Source: the human T2T-CHM13v2.0 reference genome, Homo sapiens
NCBI RefSeq assembly: GCF_009914755.1
Contig: NC_060925.1
Strand: one strand, 5' to 3'
DNA length: 64,000 nt
Shown here: in pieces, positions 1 to 11,491 of the stretch
Layout of the letters: every line of letters begins with the position of its first letter
How positions within the stretch are numbered: the stretch's first letter is position 1
The notes under the pieces: generated by a model
What the model was told of the DNA's origin: nothing
The model's input: the letters and a program-made list of their open reading frames with translations, nothing else
Databases searched by the model: none
Position numbers and translations under genes: made by a program

Positions 1-65
1 GCTGATCTGCTGGTCTTGGCCTTCCAAAGTGTTGGGGTCACAGGCATGAGCCACTGTGCCTGGCC
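1..65 (-). mobile_element. 5' end of an Alu inserted in the left MST LTR
   Basis: ccaaagtgttggggtcacaggcatgagccactgtgcctggcc is the reverse complement of the Alu start. Confidence 0.85.
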
Positions 66-2595
66 AAGAGCTGGTTGTTAAAAATAACCTGGCACCTCCC
101 TCCCTCTCTCTTGCCTCCTCTCGCCATGTAATCTCTGCACATGCAGGCTCCCCTTCGCCTTCTGCCATGAGTGGAAGCAGCCTGAGGCCCTCACCAGATG
201 CAGATGCCAGTGCCATGCTTCCTATATGGCCTACAGAACCTTGAGCCAAATAAACCTCTTTCTTTATAAATTACCCAGCCTCAGATATTTCTTTATAAGA
301 AACGCAAATGGACAAAGATAGAAAATTGGTGCCGAGGAGTAGGGCATTGCTACAAAGATACCTGAAAATGTAGAAGCAGCTTTGGAACTTCACCCAGTAA
401 TGGGTGAAGGCTGGAAGAATTTAGAGGGCTCAGAAGAAGAGAAAAAGATACGAGAAAGTTTGAAATTTCTTAAGGATTGGTTAAGTTTTTGTGACCAAAA
501 TGCTGTTAGAAATATAGACAGTGAAGGCCATACACAAGGTTTCAGATGGAAATGAGGAACTTATTGGGAACTGGAGCAAAGGCCAGCATTGTCATAAATT
601 GGCAAACAACTTGGCTGCCTTGTGTCCATGCCCTAGGGCTTTGTGGAAGGCTGAATTTAAGAGTGACGACCTGGCTGGGCGCGGTGGCTCTCATCTGTAA
701 TCCCAGCACTTTGGGAGGCTGAGGCGGGCAGATCATGAGGTCACGAGTTCCAGACCAGCCTGGTTCACATGGTGAAACCCCGTCTCTACTAAAAATACAG
801 AAATTAGCCAGGCATGGTGGCACGTGCACCTGTGATCCCAGCTACTTGGGAGGCTGAGAATCACTGAGAATCACTTGAATCCAGGAGGTGGAGGTTACAG
901 TGGGCCAAGATCACACAGTGAGCCTGGGCAATAGAGCAAGACTCTGTCTAGGGGGAAAAAAAAGAAAAAAAAAGAGTGACAGCCTAGGGTATCTGGCAGA
1001 AGAAATTTCTAAGCAGCAAAGCATTCAAGAAGTGACATGGCTGCTTTTAACAGCTTATGCTCAGGTATGAGAGCAAAGGAATGACCTAAAGTTGAAATTT
1101 GTAGTTAAATGAGAAGCAGAGCATTAAAACTTAGAAAGTTTGCAGCCTGGCTGTGGTAGAAAAGGAAAGAGCATTTTCAGGAAAAGAACCCAAGGCTAGA
1201 GAGATTAGCAAGGAGAAAGGGAGCTGGGTGCTAATAGTCGAAACAATGGGAAAAAGGCCCCAAATGCATTCAGAAATCTTCAAGGCTGCCCCTCCCATCA
1301 CAGGCCCAGGGGCTTAAGGGAACAGAATGGTTTCAAGGGACAGGGCCCTGATGTTGCTGCTCTTCACCACCACCTTGGGTTGCTGCTCCCTGCATCTCTG
1401 CACTCCGGCTCTAGCCAGGGCTCAAAGGGTCCCTGGTACTGCTTGGTTCTACTACAGAGACAGAAGCAGTAAGCCTTGGCAGCTCCATGTGGTGCTAAAT
1501 CTGCAGCTGCACAGAATGCAAGAGGGGTGGAGGCTTGGCACCTTCCTCCTAGCTTTCAGAGGGTGTTGGAAAGCCTGGGTGCCCAGGAAGAAACCTCCCT
1601 CAGGGGCAGAACCCCTGCAGGGAGACTCTGCTAGAGCAGTGCCTAGTGGAGCTGTGGAATGAGGCTGCCATGGATACCTCAGAATTATAGAGCCACCAGC
1701 AGCATGCAACCTCAGCCTGGAAAAGCTGCAGGCACTAGACTCCAGTCTGCAAGAATGGCCACATGGACTGCACCCAGCAAAGCCATGGGGGCAGTGCTAC
1801 CTGAAGCCTTGAAAGCTCACCCCTCACCTAGGATGCTGGACATGGAGTCAAGGGAGATTATTTTGGACCTTTAAGATTTAGTGTCTGCCTTGCTGGGTTT
1901 TGAACTTCTGTGAGTCCTCTTACTCCTTTGTTTTGGCTGATTTCTCCCTTTTGGAATGGCGATGTTTACCCAATGTCTGTTCCACTATTGTACCTTAGAA
2001 GTAAATAACCTGATTTTGATTTTACAGGCTCACAGCTATAAGGAAGTTCCCCTGAGTCTCAGATGAGATGATGGACTTTTGAGTTGATGCTGGAACAAGT
2101 TAAGACTTGGGGGATGAATGACTGTATTTTGCATTGAGAAAATCACATGAGATTTGGAAGCCTAGGGAGTAGAATGCTACAGTTTGGTTTATTTGATCCC
2201 TCCAAATCTCATGTTGAAATGTGATCCCCAGTGTTGAAGGTGAGGCCTAATGGGAGGTGTTTGGGTCATGGGAAGGATCCCTCATGAATGGCTTGGTGCC
2301 AGCCTTCAGTAATGAGTGAATTCTTGCTCTATTAGTTCCCACAAGAGCTGGCTGTTAAAAAAAGCCTGGCCCCCTCCCCTTTCTCTTGCCTCCTCCTGCC
2401 ATGTGATCTCTGTACATGCCGGCTCTCTTTTCCCTTTCTGCAATGAGTGGAAACACCCTAAAGCCCTCGTCAGAAGCAGATGCTGGTGCCATGCTTCCTG
2501 TACAGCCTGCAGAGCTGTGAGCCAGATACACCTTTTTTCTTTATGCATTACCCAGTCTCAGATATTCTATATAGCAACACAAGTGGACTAAGACA
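66..2595 (+). mobile_element. ERVL-MaLR MST (MSTB-like) element: left LTR remnant 66-320, internal region, right LTR 2175-2595
   Basis: 66-320 and 2344-2595 are homologous direct repeats. The right LTR is TG...CA, 421 bp, preceded by a purine tract. The internal part starts with the MaLR-int signature gaaaattggt..aaagatacctgaaaatgt. Confidence 0.9.
673..972 (+). mobile_element. Alu (S-like) inserted in the MST internal region
   Basis: Dimeric Alu with A-tail. Target site duplication aagagtgacgacct / aagagtgacagcct. Confidence 0.93.
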
Positions 2596-2919
2596 CTGTG
2601 CTACCTGTCTTCACAAGTGCTGCGGGCTGGAGAGGCAACCCTGTACTTGGTCTGCCAGTCAGGCAGCTTGATGTTGCTGCTGTCTACTTTGTAGGGGAGA
2701 ATATCAGAGATAGCCCCTCATGCCTCTTCTGAACTGCCTAGTAGAAAATGAGGCACTTGCCCAGTGGTCTCTGAGACAACCTCCATTTAGAAGGTGAGCA
2801 TTGCCTGTGTGTTATCTCCTTCCATCTCTTGTTCTTAATCTTACATTGAATCCCATCATCCATGATCACTGTCACCACCCCACTCCTGCCCACCCGACTC
2901 TACTGCACTATTAAAGTCA

Positions 2920-4295
2920 CGCTTCAAACTGTCATTTTCTTTTAATTTTTAATCAGTCTGTGTCAAGAAGAAACAGGACTTGATCAAGCTTCCAGCCCTC
3001 ACCACTCTATCAGCATAGCAATTTTAAGGATCAGAGCTTTGTTTACATTTGTCTAAAACCAAGAGAAGGAAAGGAATCAACTCCACAGATCAACATGTAT
3101 TTGAAGAGACACTTCAGGACACTTTGGGAAATTTTTTAATCAATCAGTTTCTTAGGAACAACACCCAGTGGGCATGATGAGACCCTCAAAGTAGGAATGC
3201 AGGAATGATAGGCAGGTGAGGTGGCTGAGCTATCTGGGCTGGGAGGCCAGCCTCCTGGAATCTTAGGACAAATAAAAGGGGGAAAAATCCAACCTCACAC
3301 TTCTTTTGAAGGTCGGATATGTTTACAGAAACAATTTCTGTTTTGGAAAATAAATGTATGGTTCAATTTGGGGCTGGGGGAACAATGACAATTGTCAACT
3401 AGAGAGAGGCTCATGATTCTGAGATAAATGTTAAGTGGAGTCTTTTTAAAATGCTGAAACAAAACATTACCTTGGTTACTGTCTCCATCATGAGATGTAT
3501 TTGAACACATTCTGACCATGTGTAAAAACCACCAGATTTACCCAATGCCATGGATCCATGTGCCACACCATGAATACAAACACTGATGATATGTTACCAG
3601 AAGACAGCACAGAGTTCATGAGCTCTACTTTGTGAAGAAATTTCCAGAAAGCAGAGTCTGCCCATCTTTCCTTTCCTTTCTCACTGCAACTGCCACATCC
3701 TGCTTTCGTCTTGCTTCGAGTAGAGTTGTCTGGATGAAGGAAGATTCTCCAAATGTCACACAAGGACCTTTCCTTTGGGAGCTGGTCCCTTGCTGAGGGT
3801 GCAGGAGGCTCTGCTGTTCTTCCAGCATCTCAACACAAACTTTCTGCAGAGGCTGACCCATCCAAATTTGGAGTCCAGAGACAGTTTGAAGCAGATGTTA
3901 GAAGCAAATTTACATGATGTGACATGCTTTCAGAGGGGGCGGGGAGTACTTGCCAGTCAATGGGATGCGTGATGATTCGGTGGGATGTGCGTGGAATTGT
4001 CCCATGTTCCACAGCACGATACACATTTAACACCCCTCATCCAAGACCACGCGAGGGCTTCCCTGCTGCCCCGGTTCCCCATGGGTCTTGGTGAATCCTC
4101 AAATCTCATTTAAAAGCACTGCCATTGCAGTTTGTCAGCCTCACTGTGGAGCCTGAGATGCATAATGTGAACTGTGGTCCCCATGTAGACAAGTTAGACA
4201 TTTTGCCCCCAGGCTCTATCCTTCTGTGACCTCACTCCAAGATACAAGGTCCTTTCCCCGAAGGAGCAGGAGAGTCATCTGGATCTTGACCCATA
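2920..4295 (-). other. SUSD4: SUSD4 3'UTR (end approximate)
   Basis: Repeat-free sequence from the stop codon to a cluster of ATTAAA signals. Confidence 0.75.
2941..2953 (-). terminator. Tandem ATTAAA poly(A) signals (2948-2953, 2941-2946); a further ATTAAA at 3135-3140
   Basis: tttaat occurs twice on the plus strand at the end of the unique 3'UTR-like sequence. Confidence 0.65.
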
Positions 4296-4324
4296 TTAGG
4301 GATCTTCTTCCATTAGAGGAATCT
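4296..4324 (-). CDS. SUSD4: SUSD4 last coding exon: (E)IPLMEEDP*
   Basis: Acceptor cttcttttacag|AG ATT CCT CTA ATG GAA GAA GAT CCC TAA. Phase matches the upstream exon. Confidence 0.93.
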
Positions 4325-5352
4325 CTGTAAAAGAAGAGACGGTTATTAGCTTAACATAACCAGAAAACACCATGACGATCTGGAATTATATGCCTCATTA
4401 AAATATCTACAGTTTCTCAAATCAGTGAGGAGAAGAAAATGTTAAGTTCCACATACCAGTTAATAACCAAATAAATCAACCTCCTATACAACATCTTTCT
4501 GTAACAATTGTTCTTTGCCAGGAAACAATTATGATCTTATTTCCAGTTCATAAAAAATAAAATGTTACATTTTAACCATAGGCCTTAATGGTCACACAAG
4601 CCAGAAAGTTGCAAATTCAAGTACAGAAAGGCAGCGTGGTTTGCAGAAAAGGAACACTGTGGTGGCCCAGGAGACCTCTGTTTCCACGTCATTACTGCCA
4701 TTTACTCTCAATATAAGCCAAATTAGTGCTCTCATTTGCAAAGTGGCACTGGGGCTCCCCTTCTGTAGGAAACAGAGACCTAATCAATCTGACACATTTT
4801 CCTTATTTTACCATGAATCTACCCTTCCTTGTGACAGGTACACATGCATCTTTTACTTCACATCTGGTAAAAATAACTTCTATGTACACAGAACTCTGGG
4901 GCTAGAACACACTGCTGGGCCCTAGTGCGTGCCTCTGGATCCTTCTTCCTGGCATGTATGTGCCATCCTGTCCCTAAGCCCCACTTCCAGGAGTCCTATC
5001 TAATTAAGGAATAAAGAAGAAATACATTCCAGATCATACAGACACCACAAAAATGAAGCACCGGCCACTGCTGCCTTTCTACTCTGGATGGCTCGATGCC
5101 TTTTGGTGCCTCTTGAAATTTCCATTAATGGGCTCATTACTTGCAAGATGATGATCATTCCCTACAATAATTGGCCTTGCCCAAGGCCTCTACATGGAGA
5201 GAGAGCATGAAGCAATTTAAGCTGAGTGAGAGGTAAACAGATTGATTCGACTCTGTGCTGGGGGGTGGAGCGTGCGTAGCAAGGAGCTGGCTTGAAGATG
5301 CTGGTGCGGAGGTGTTTGCAGGTGTGGCTTGGGCCCTGGGGCAAGCACTTAC

Positions 5353-5735
5353 CATCTGCAATGTCGATGCCTGGGCTGGTGGATGCCACCTCCTCTGCCG
5401 TGCTGGCAATTATGTCAGGGTTGTCCGAAGCAGGGTGGGTGCTCTCTTGGCACCTGGGAGGTGAATACAGACTTTGGAGCAGCTCAGAAGAGCCTGAGAC
5501 GCTGTCACAGGTTTCTGACTCCCCTGGGCCTGTGTCCGTGTCCCCTGAGCCGGGGTATGCTGGGGGGCTCTGGTCGTCCACGGGTAAGGGGCAGCCCTGG
5601 CCCACAGAGGCCATGTACCCGGGGCCTAAGGCACTCAAGCCGCCACTCACAGCTTCGTCATAGGACGGGAGCATGACGGGCACGCCGTCTACCACCACAA
5701 AGTCAGGGTCACTGCTGGAACTCCGGGGAGGCCCC
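5353..5735 (-). CDS. SUSD4: SUSD4 cytoplasmic-tail exon with LPSY (5660-5671) and PPAY (5555-5566) WW-binding motifs (probably exon 8)
   Basis: [29 protein letters not shown]...QSPPAYPG...SPGIDIAD inside ORF 5162..5962. Acceptor acacag|G, donor G|gtaagt. 383 nt, phase 2-1. Confidence 0.96.
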
Positions 5736-6170
5736 CTGTGTAAAGGAAAGAAGTGCCAACATGTGAGAGCCATGCCACTCTGGGGATGAGGCCACCCATA
5801 CTCCCTCCTGCACTCGGGGTCCTCAGGACCCACGATGGGCAGCAGAGTCCCGTATGGAGGATAATATGGAAGAACCAGCCTCCTTTCAGGGACTCCTCTG
5901 GAAGATGATGCTGCCATCCCGGCTGCCCATGCTCCGGAGAGAGGAGGTTTTCTTTTTGTCACTCTCTCGTGTCCTCCTGCCTCTGGGCCTTACTATCTCC
6001 TCATGCTTTTTCCCTTGCTCCTTTGACCTGTGGGCTTTGGCCTTCTGGCCATAAGCTCATGGAGCAAGGGACAACATAACCCTTTCTAACAGAGCAGCCC
6101 AGTGCACCTCTGAAGTGTCCTGTAGGATGGGATTGAAAGTGGGATAGCACTGTTAAAAGTACAGAAAATA

Positions 6171-6468
6171 GGTCAGGTGTGGTGGCTCACACCTGCAATC
6201 CCAGCACTTTGGGAGGTTTTGCTTGAGCCCAGGAGTTTGAGACCAGCCTGGGCAACATAGTGAAACCCTGCCTATACAAAAAATAAAAATGTTAGCCACA
6301 TGTGGTGGCACGTGCCTGTAGCCCTAGCTATTCAAGAGGCTGAGGCAGGAGGATCCCTGGAGCCCAGGAGTTTGAGGCTGCAGTGAGCCATGATCGCACC
6401 ACTGCACTCCAGCCTGGGTAACAGAGCGAGATGTTGTCTCATAAACAAACAAACAAACAAACAAAAAA
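6171..6468 (+). mobile_element. Alu (J-like) with (CAAA)n tail
   Basis: Alu consensus with gagcccaggagtttgaggctgcagtgag (J-type) and a small left-arm deletion. Confidence 0.92.
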
Positions 6469-6649
6469 CAGTAACTGTGGACCCTCAGTGCCCAGAGGGA
6501 CTAGCTGGCCCTATGCTCATCATGTTTCTTTGTTGTTTTCTGCATTCAGTATAAAAATCATTACATTTTAGTCTAGATTTAAAAAAAGAAAAAGAAAAAG
6601 GAAAGAAGGAAAAAAAAGGAAAGCTGTGAGCACTATGTCACTACCCCGT

Positions 6650-6950
6650 TCAAGCTACGCAGGCTCACCGCCACCTCCTGACCCCCCGCCACTCTTCTAA
6701 GCAAGGCCCGGGTTGCTGGTGTGAGGGCTCCAGGAGCGGCGGCAAAGTGAGTCTGCATGTCTGCAGGGCTCCCTCACGTGGGCGCGCACACAGTTCCTGG
6801 CCTGCTCCCTTTGCTTCTCAGCCCTCTGCACATTCAACACTGCCTGATTGGAGCCCGGGGCGTCTGACATCACAGCCTGGGCTCCGTGTGACCCCCATAC
6901 TCTGCTCCTGGCCTCAAGAGGAACCCAGGGTGGCTAATAAGTAGCCAATA
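6650..6950. promoter_or_regulatory. Candidate intragenic promoter/enhancer
   Basis: Local CpG enrichment with CACGTG (6775), ATTGG (6847), TGACATCA (6865) and CCAAT (6945). Motif evidence only. Confidence 0.35.
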
Positions 6951-6951
6951 G

Positions 6952-7272
<321 letters not shown>

Positions 7273-9696
7273 GGAACTTGGTTTCTTATTGTCTCTGCTG
7301 GGAACTGGTGCTGAGGGAGGAGGCCAAAGGTAAAATATGAGGAAGAGAAGACCCAGCTGGGTGGGCAGACCCTGAATCTCTGAGTGCTGGCGGCAGGGGC
7401 TCTAAACCCAAGAAGATGAAACGTCTGGGGGTGGAGGGGAAGCACAGGCTGTGCGTCTCTCTAAAGCTCAAGTCCACTGACTTTTTGAAACATCTTGCAA
7501 AGGCTTGGAGATTATGGTGGTGGACTCCTTGTCCCGCAGCTCTTAAAGACTGCCCAGAGAGGGCGGGAGACCACCAAGACCATGCTCTTCAGGGGGCAGA
7601 AGACAAGAGGCAGGAGGAAAGGAGGAGCTTGCTCCGAGCCAGACTGCTCTCCCTCCACAGCCACCAGTAGTTACTGCTTACCAGTAGTTACTGCTTCCTT
7701 GACAATGATGCTCCCTTCCTCTCCGGCCACTTCACTGTCTTGTGCTGGCCTCCTCTTCTCACTCAGGACTCCCTGCCTCCTCACCATCCCTGGCACCTCC
7801 ATGTTGTCTAGGCCAGGGTGAGCAGACGCCTCTCTTCTCCATTTCTCACCCTAACAGTCCACACCCAGGATACAGCTCCCAAGATCTGGCAGCTTCCCCT
7901 CCACGTGTCCCCGCCATGCCACTCAGCTCCCATACACCCCTCGTCAACATCCCTGCAGGCTCTACTCTTGTGGAACCTGGAGAAAAAAAGTCCATTCTTG
8001 GTTTGCCCTTGAGATTCTTGTCATGCATTTGGATTCATGTCATGTATTTGAAGCCAACCTTCCCAAAACAACTCAAGAATAATATAAGGTGAAAGACTCA
8101 AGGGCTGAAGAACATCAAATGAAAGGGTTTCAAGAACATTTTAAAAACATCTTAATATTTAGTGGATATCCTGGAAACTTTTCTTCCAAGCATATGTAGA
8201 AAAATAGCTCTGTGGGCTCTTTTAAAGTACTTGAACGCACTATCAATCACAGCCTTGTGGGTTGGCTTTCTCTTTGTAATCCTTAGGCCTTCTTGAGATA
8301 CTGTAATTGCTCAATGATAGAACATGGTCCCTTGATGAATATATAATAATGTGGAAGACAGAGAGTGGATGGCAGGTTGGAGAGGAAGGAAGGTTTCAGC
8401 ATCTTAGCAAGAGCTTGCTATGGCACCAGGATGGCACTGACACACCTCTGGGCCTGGGGAGGGATGCAGGTGACACCCACATCTAGCACACATTTGTGGC
8501 TGGGGAAAGAGGGATGCACCTATCAGGTTGTGACCATAGCGGGTCCCTGCTGCCAGGCAGGGGAGAATTGCTAAGTGAGGGAGGCCGCCCTGTGAGGTGT
8601 GAGGTTAAGGGCAAAGGCGGGTAGGTGCTGTCTCCAGCAGCTCTGCCCATTTCCTTCACTCCTCTCACAGCTGGGAGATGTGAGCAACACACTGCATTTT
8701 CCTGAAGGGAAGAGAGAAGTGGTTAATTCCAGGAGCCTCCTCCTCCATGAGCAATAGTCCCTTTTTCAGGTACATATGACTCTGGGGACTAGGCTGTCCC
8801 TGTGGGCAAAAAACAAATGCCCTTTTCTGAAGCATTAGGTTCTGAAATGAGAAGACTCTGACATGGCCACAGAAGGCAAGGAAAAGACAGCTTGTACCAA
8901 TGGCCCCTGGCTAGTGTTCTGTGGTGTTTTGCTGTCCTCACCTCTTCTTCTCAATGTTCATAAACTTATCCTTTTGCTGTCTAAACTACTTCTCCCTCCA
9001 GGAACAATGATTTGCCAGCAGTAGTGCTGGGTGGCTCTTCTTTGTTCCTAAGGGTGCTGGTGCAGTCCTCTTTGGTGGTGATGACTTGAGGCTGAAGATA
9101 CCAACCCGAGCTGATTGGTGCAGCTCAGAAGGATGTAGAAGCGCCTTCCACATGTCCCACTCCAGGGGTTCAGATAAGACTTCATGGTAGACTCTCACTA
9201 GCCCTTTCCTGATTGCTCCTGGAATCAGAAAAGTCTTTTCTCCTTCCTGAGGCTTCTCAATGCATAACACTTTTGTTCACACACCTCTGACCTGTGTCCC
9301 AGTCAGCTGTGTGCGCATCTTACCCTCCCTATAGACTGAGCTGTGTGGTGCTTCACTCCAGGGCCACATGCAGGGGGACCACAGTGGGAATGGTGCCTCT
9401 GGGTGGAGCAGTCCACAGCCTGTAGCCCTAACTCTGTGATCCCATCGCTAGCCCCCCATGATGCCCACCTGCAAATGGTCTACTGCAGGAAGGAGGGAGA
9501 GAGGTAGGAAAGAAAGAAAGAGGAAAATGAGGTCTGTCTCCAGCTTTGTGCTCAAAACATCCCAGAACATTGTTTTTGCTCTCCCCTGTTTCCCTTTAGA
9601 GCTTCAACTTTTCACTCATCACTTTCTCCCTCTGCTGCTAAGGGTAGCTGCATTGAGTCAGACCTTGAGCCACAGCTGCCAAGACATGACACTGAC

Positions 9697-9841
9697 CTGG
9701 GGGGAAAGTGGGCCTTGAACTTGGTCTGGAACATCCTGGCCAGGATGACGAGCAGCAGCACCAGCAGCACACTGGTTGCCGTGAACGCCACAATCTTCCA
9801 CGTGGTCAGGAGGGTCTCATGGGTGCTGGGCCACGTTTGCT
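9697..9841 (-). CDS. SUSD4: SUSD4 transmembrane exon (probably exon 7)
   Basis: (E)[47 protein letters not shown](R), a hydrophobic helix followed by basic residues. Acceptor atgcag|AG, donor AG|gtcagt. 145 nt, phase 1-2. Confidence 0.96.
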
Positions 9842-11299
9842 CTGCATGAGGGAGAACAAAGCTGTACGTGAGGCTCCCAGACCATGAGAGGTGCCGAGGT
9901 TCCCCGTGGGCTCATTTGCTGGATTCATCTGGCACAAGAGATGCGTGCAAGGTGCCTCTGACCCCCAGGGCTCGGCAGAGATACCATGTGCCCCTGTAGC
10001 TCATGTAAATTGCATCAGGATCCACCCAACACTAAAAACCTGTCTCCAGCATGGGCTCTGCCAGGTTGCAGACCTGCATGCTCACATTCCAGTCCCAGGC
10101 GCAGGCCTGGCACAGGCTTAAATAATGCATCTGCCTCTTGAGAACAGAGGTGGGCATCTCTCTTGCCTGGAGAAGTTGCTCCGAAATGGACCAAGGGGTG
10201 GGGGAGTGGGAAGCTGGGCCCTTTGTGAATGTTCTGGGATATGCTGTGGGGTTGGGTAAAGCAAGAAACAGAGGGTAAAGGGGACCCCTGTTCCACAGCT
10301 CTCATGCCCTACCACCTCTAGCCATCAACTGCCTGCCAGGTCAGGGGCAGCAAGAGCAGACCTTTCCAGAAGAGACTTATCCTTTGGGCACAGGCCACCC
10401 TGTCTCTTAAATGTCTCTCTGCCTTGTCATGACCACCCTCTTAGACACTCTCTTTGCACTTCTCCCCCGGCTGGCTCACAGGATCATGTGTGCGCCTCCA
10501 GAGACCTGGCATTAACAAGTGCTTCCTTGTGTCCAGGGGAAAGGCATGCAGTCATCAGCACTGCTCAGGGCAGCATCCCCAGCCTGGAAAGGGCTGGAGA
10601 GAGTGGGAAGGAGACAGTGGGTGTGTGCTGGTGCCCCAGTCTCTATCCTGTGGTCACTACCCAGGTGCACTGAGGCCAGTGGGGAAGGTGGTTTGCAATT
10701 AAGTCATTTGCTTTTAACTATGAAGCCCTGAAGCTTGCAAATGGCCTATAGTTTTACAAGTGAGAGCAGGTGTTACCCACAGTATCATCTGTATTCTGAT
10801 ATGTGTCCTTGAGTGGAAGAGAAAGGTAAAGTTATGCGTTGCTTGGGTCCAGGGCAATGCATCTAATTCTGGTCACACCCACAGGCCTGTGTCCTTACCA
10901 GTGGAAAAGGACAAGGCTGGGAGAAAAAAGAGTGTGGAGGCTGGAGGTCTTTCCATGGATGCTAGGGGTCTAGGGACCCTGTTTAGATGGTCAGCTTTTT
11001 AACCTGGGAATGGACAGGTTAATACTCCTGACCCTCTGAATAGGGTCCCTAGGCCCCTAGCATCCATGGAAGGACCTCCAGCAGACAGTTAATACTCTTG
11101 ACTGTCTGAACAGGACCTACAAGCATCTGGCACAGAGCCCAACAGCAGCCCCATCGACCCGCAATGATATGTTTCGATATCCTGTTCCTGACACTGGGTG
11201 GGGGAGGAGAGATACAGCTTGGTACATAACCACCACCCACTATGTGCAGATGGTCCAAGGAGGGTCCATCTCCTCCAAGGGTGAGGCCTTCAGTCTTAC

Positions 11300-11491
11300 C
11301 TGATTTGATGCAGTAGACTTGATAAGAAGGAAACCACTCTCCATACTGGCAGGTGATGTACTTGTAGTCGCTGGTGAGGCTGTAGCCAGGATCGCAGTAA
11401 AACTCCACCACAGTTCCGTGGTTGTAGCGCTCACAAGGCCGCGGGTGGCAGACGAAATCTCCGTGACTCACCATTGGAGGTAGTGGACAGA
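11300..11491 (-). CDS. SUSD4: SUSD4 coding exon, sushi domain 4 (probably exon 6)
   Basis: (V)[63 protein letters not shown]. Acceptor cccaag|TC, donor G|gtaaga. 192 nt, phase 1-1. Confidence 0.95.

Noticed and set aside
542-829. ORF-track proteins over Alus and L1s (e.g. 542, 6955, 52637, 54017, 18333-23058)
   Set aside because: Translations of repeat sequence, not host genes.
3144-3179. Short frame HHAHWVLFLRN* in the 3'UTR, resembling a variant SUSD4 C-terminus I recall from a cDNA
   Set aside because: No canonical acceptor precedes it. A cDNA deletion or template-switch artefact is more likely, and the recollection is unverified.
5736-5962. N-terminal extension of ORF 5162..5962 (MTKRKPP...LPYYPPY)
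   Set aside because: Intronic sequence upstream of a clear acceptor; a chance open frame in GC-rich DNA.
7664-7696. Small direct duplications (17 bp here, 16 bp at 40277-40308, 23 bp at 29038/29104)
   Set aside because: Two-copy slippage products with no array or spacer structure; not CRISPR-like.
10195-10218. G-quadruplex consensus motifs (also 52158-52190)
   Set aside because: Expected frequency in human DNA, on the template strand, with no supporting context.
11049-11299. 83-codon read-through after the sushi-4 exon (soluble four-sushi form)
   Set aside because: The donor is strong (G|GTAAGA) and I found no AATAAA/ATTAAA within about 1 kb downstream.
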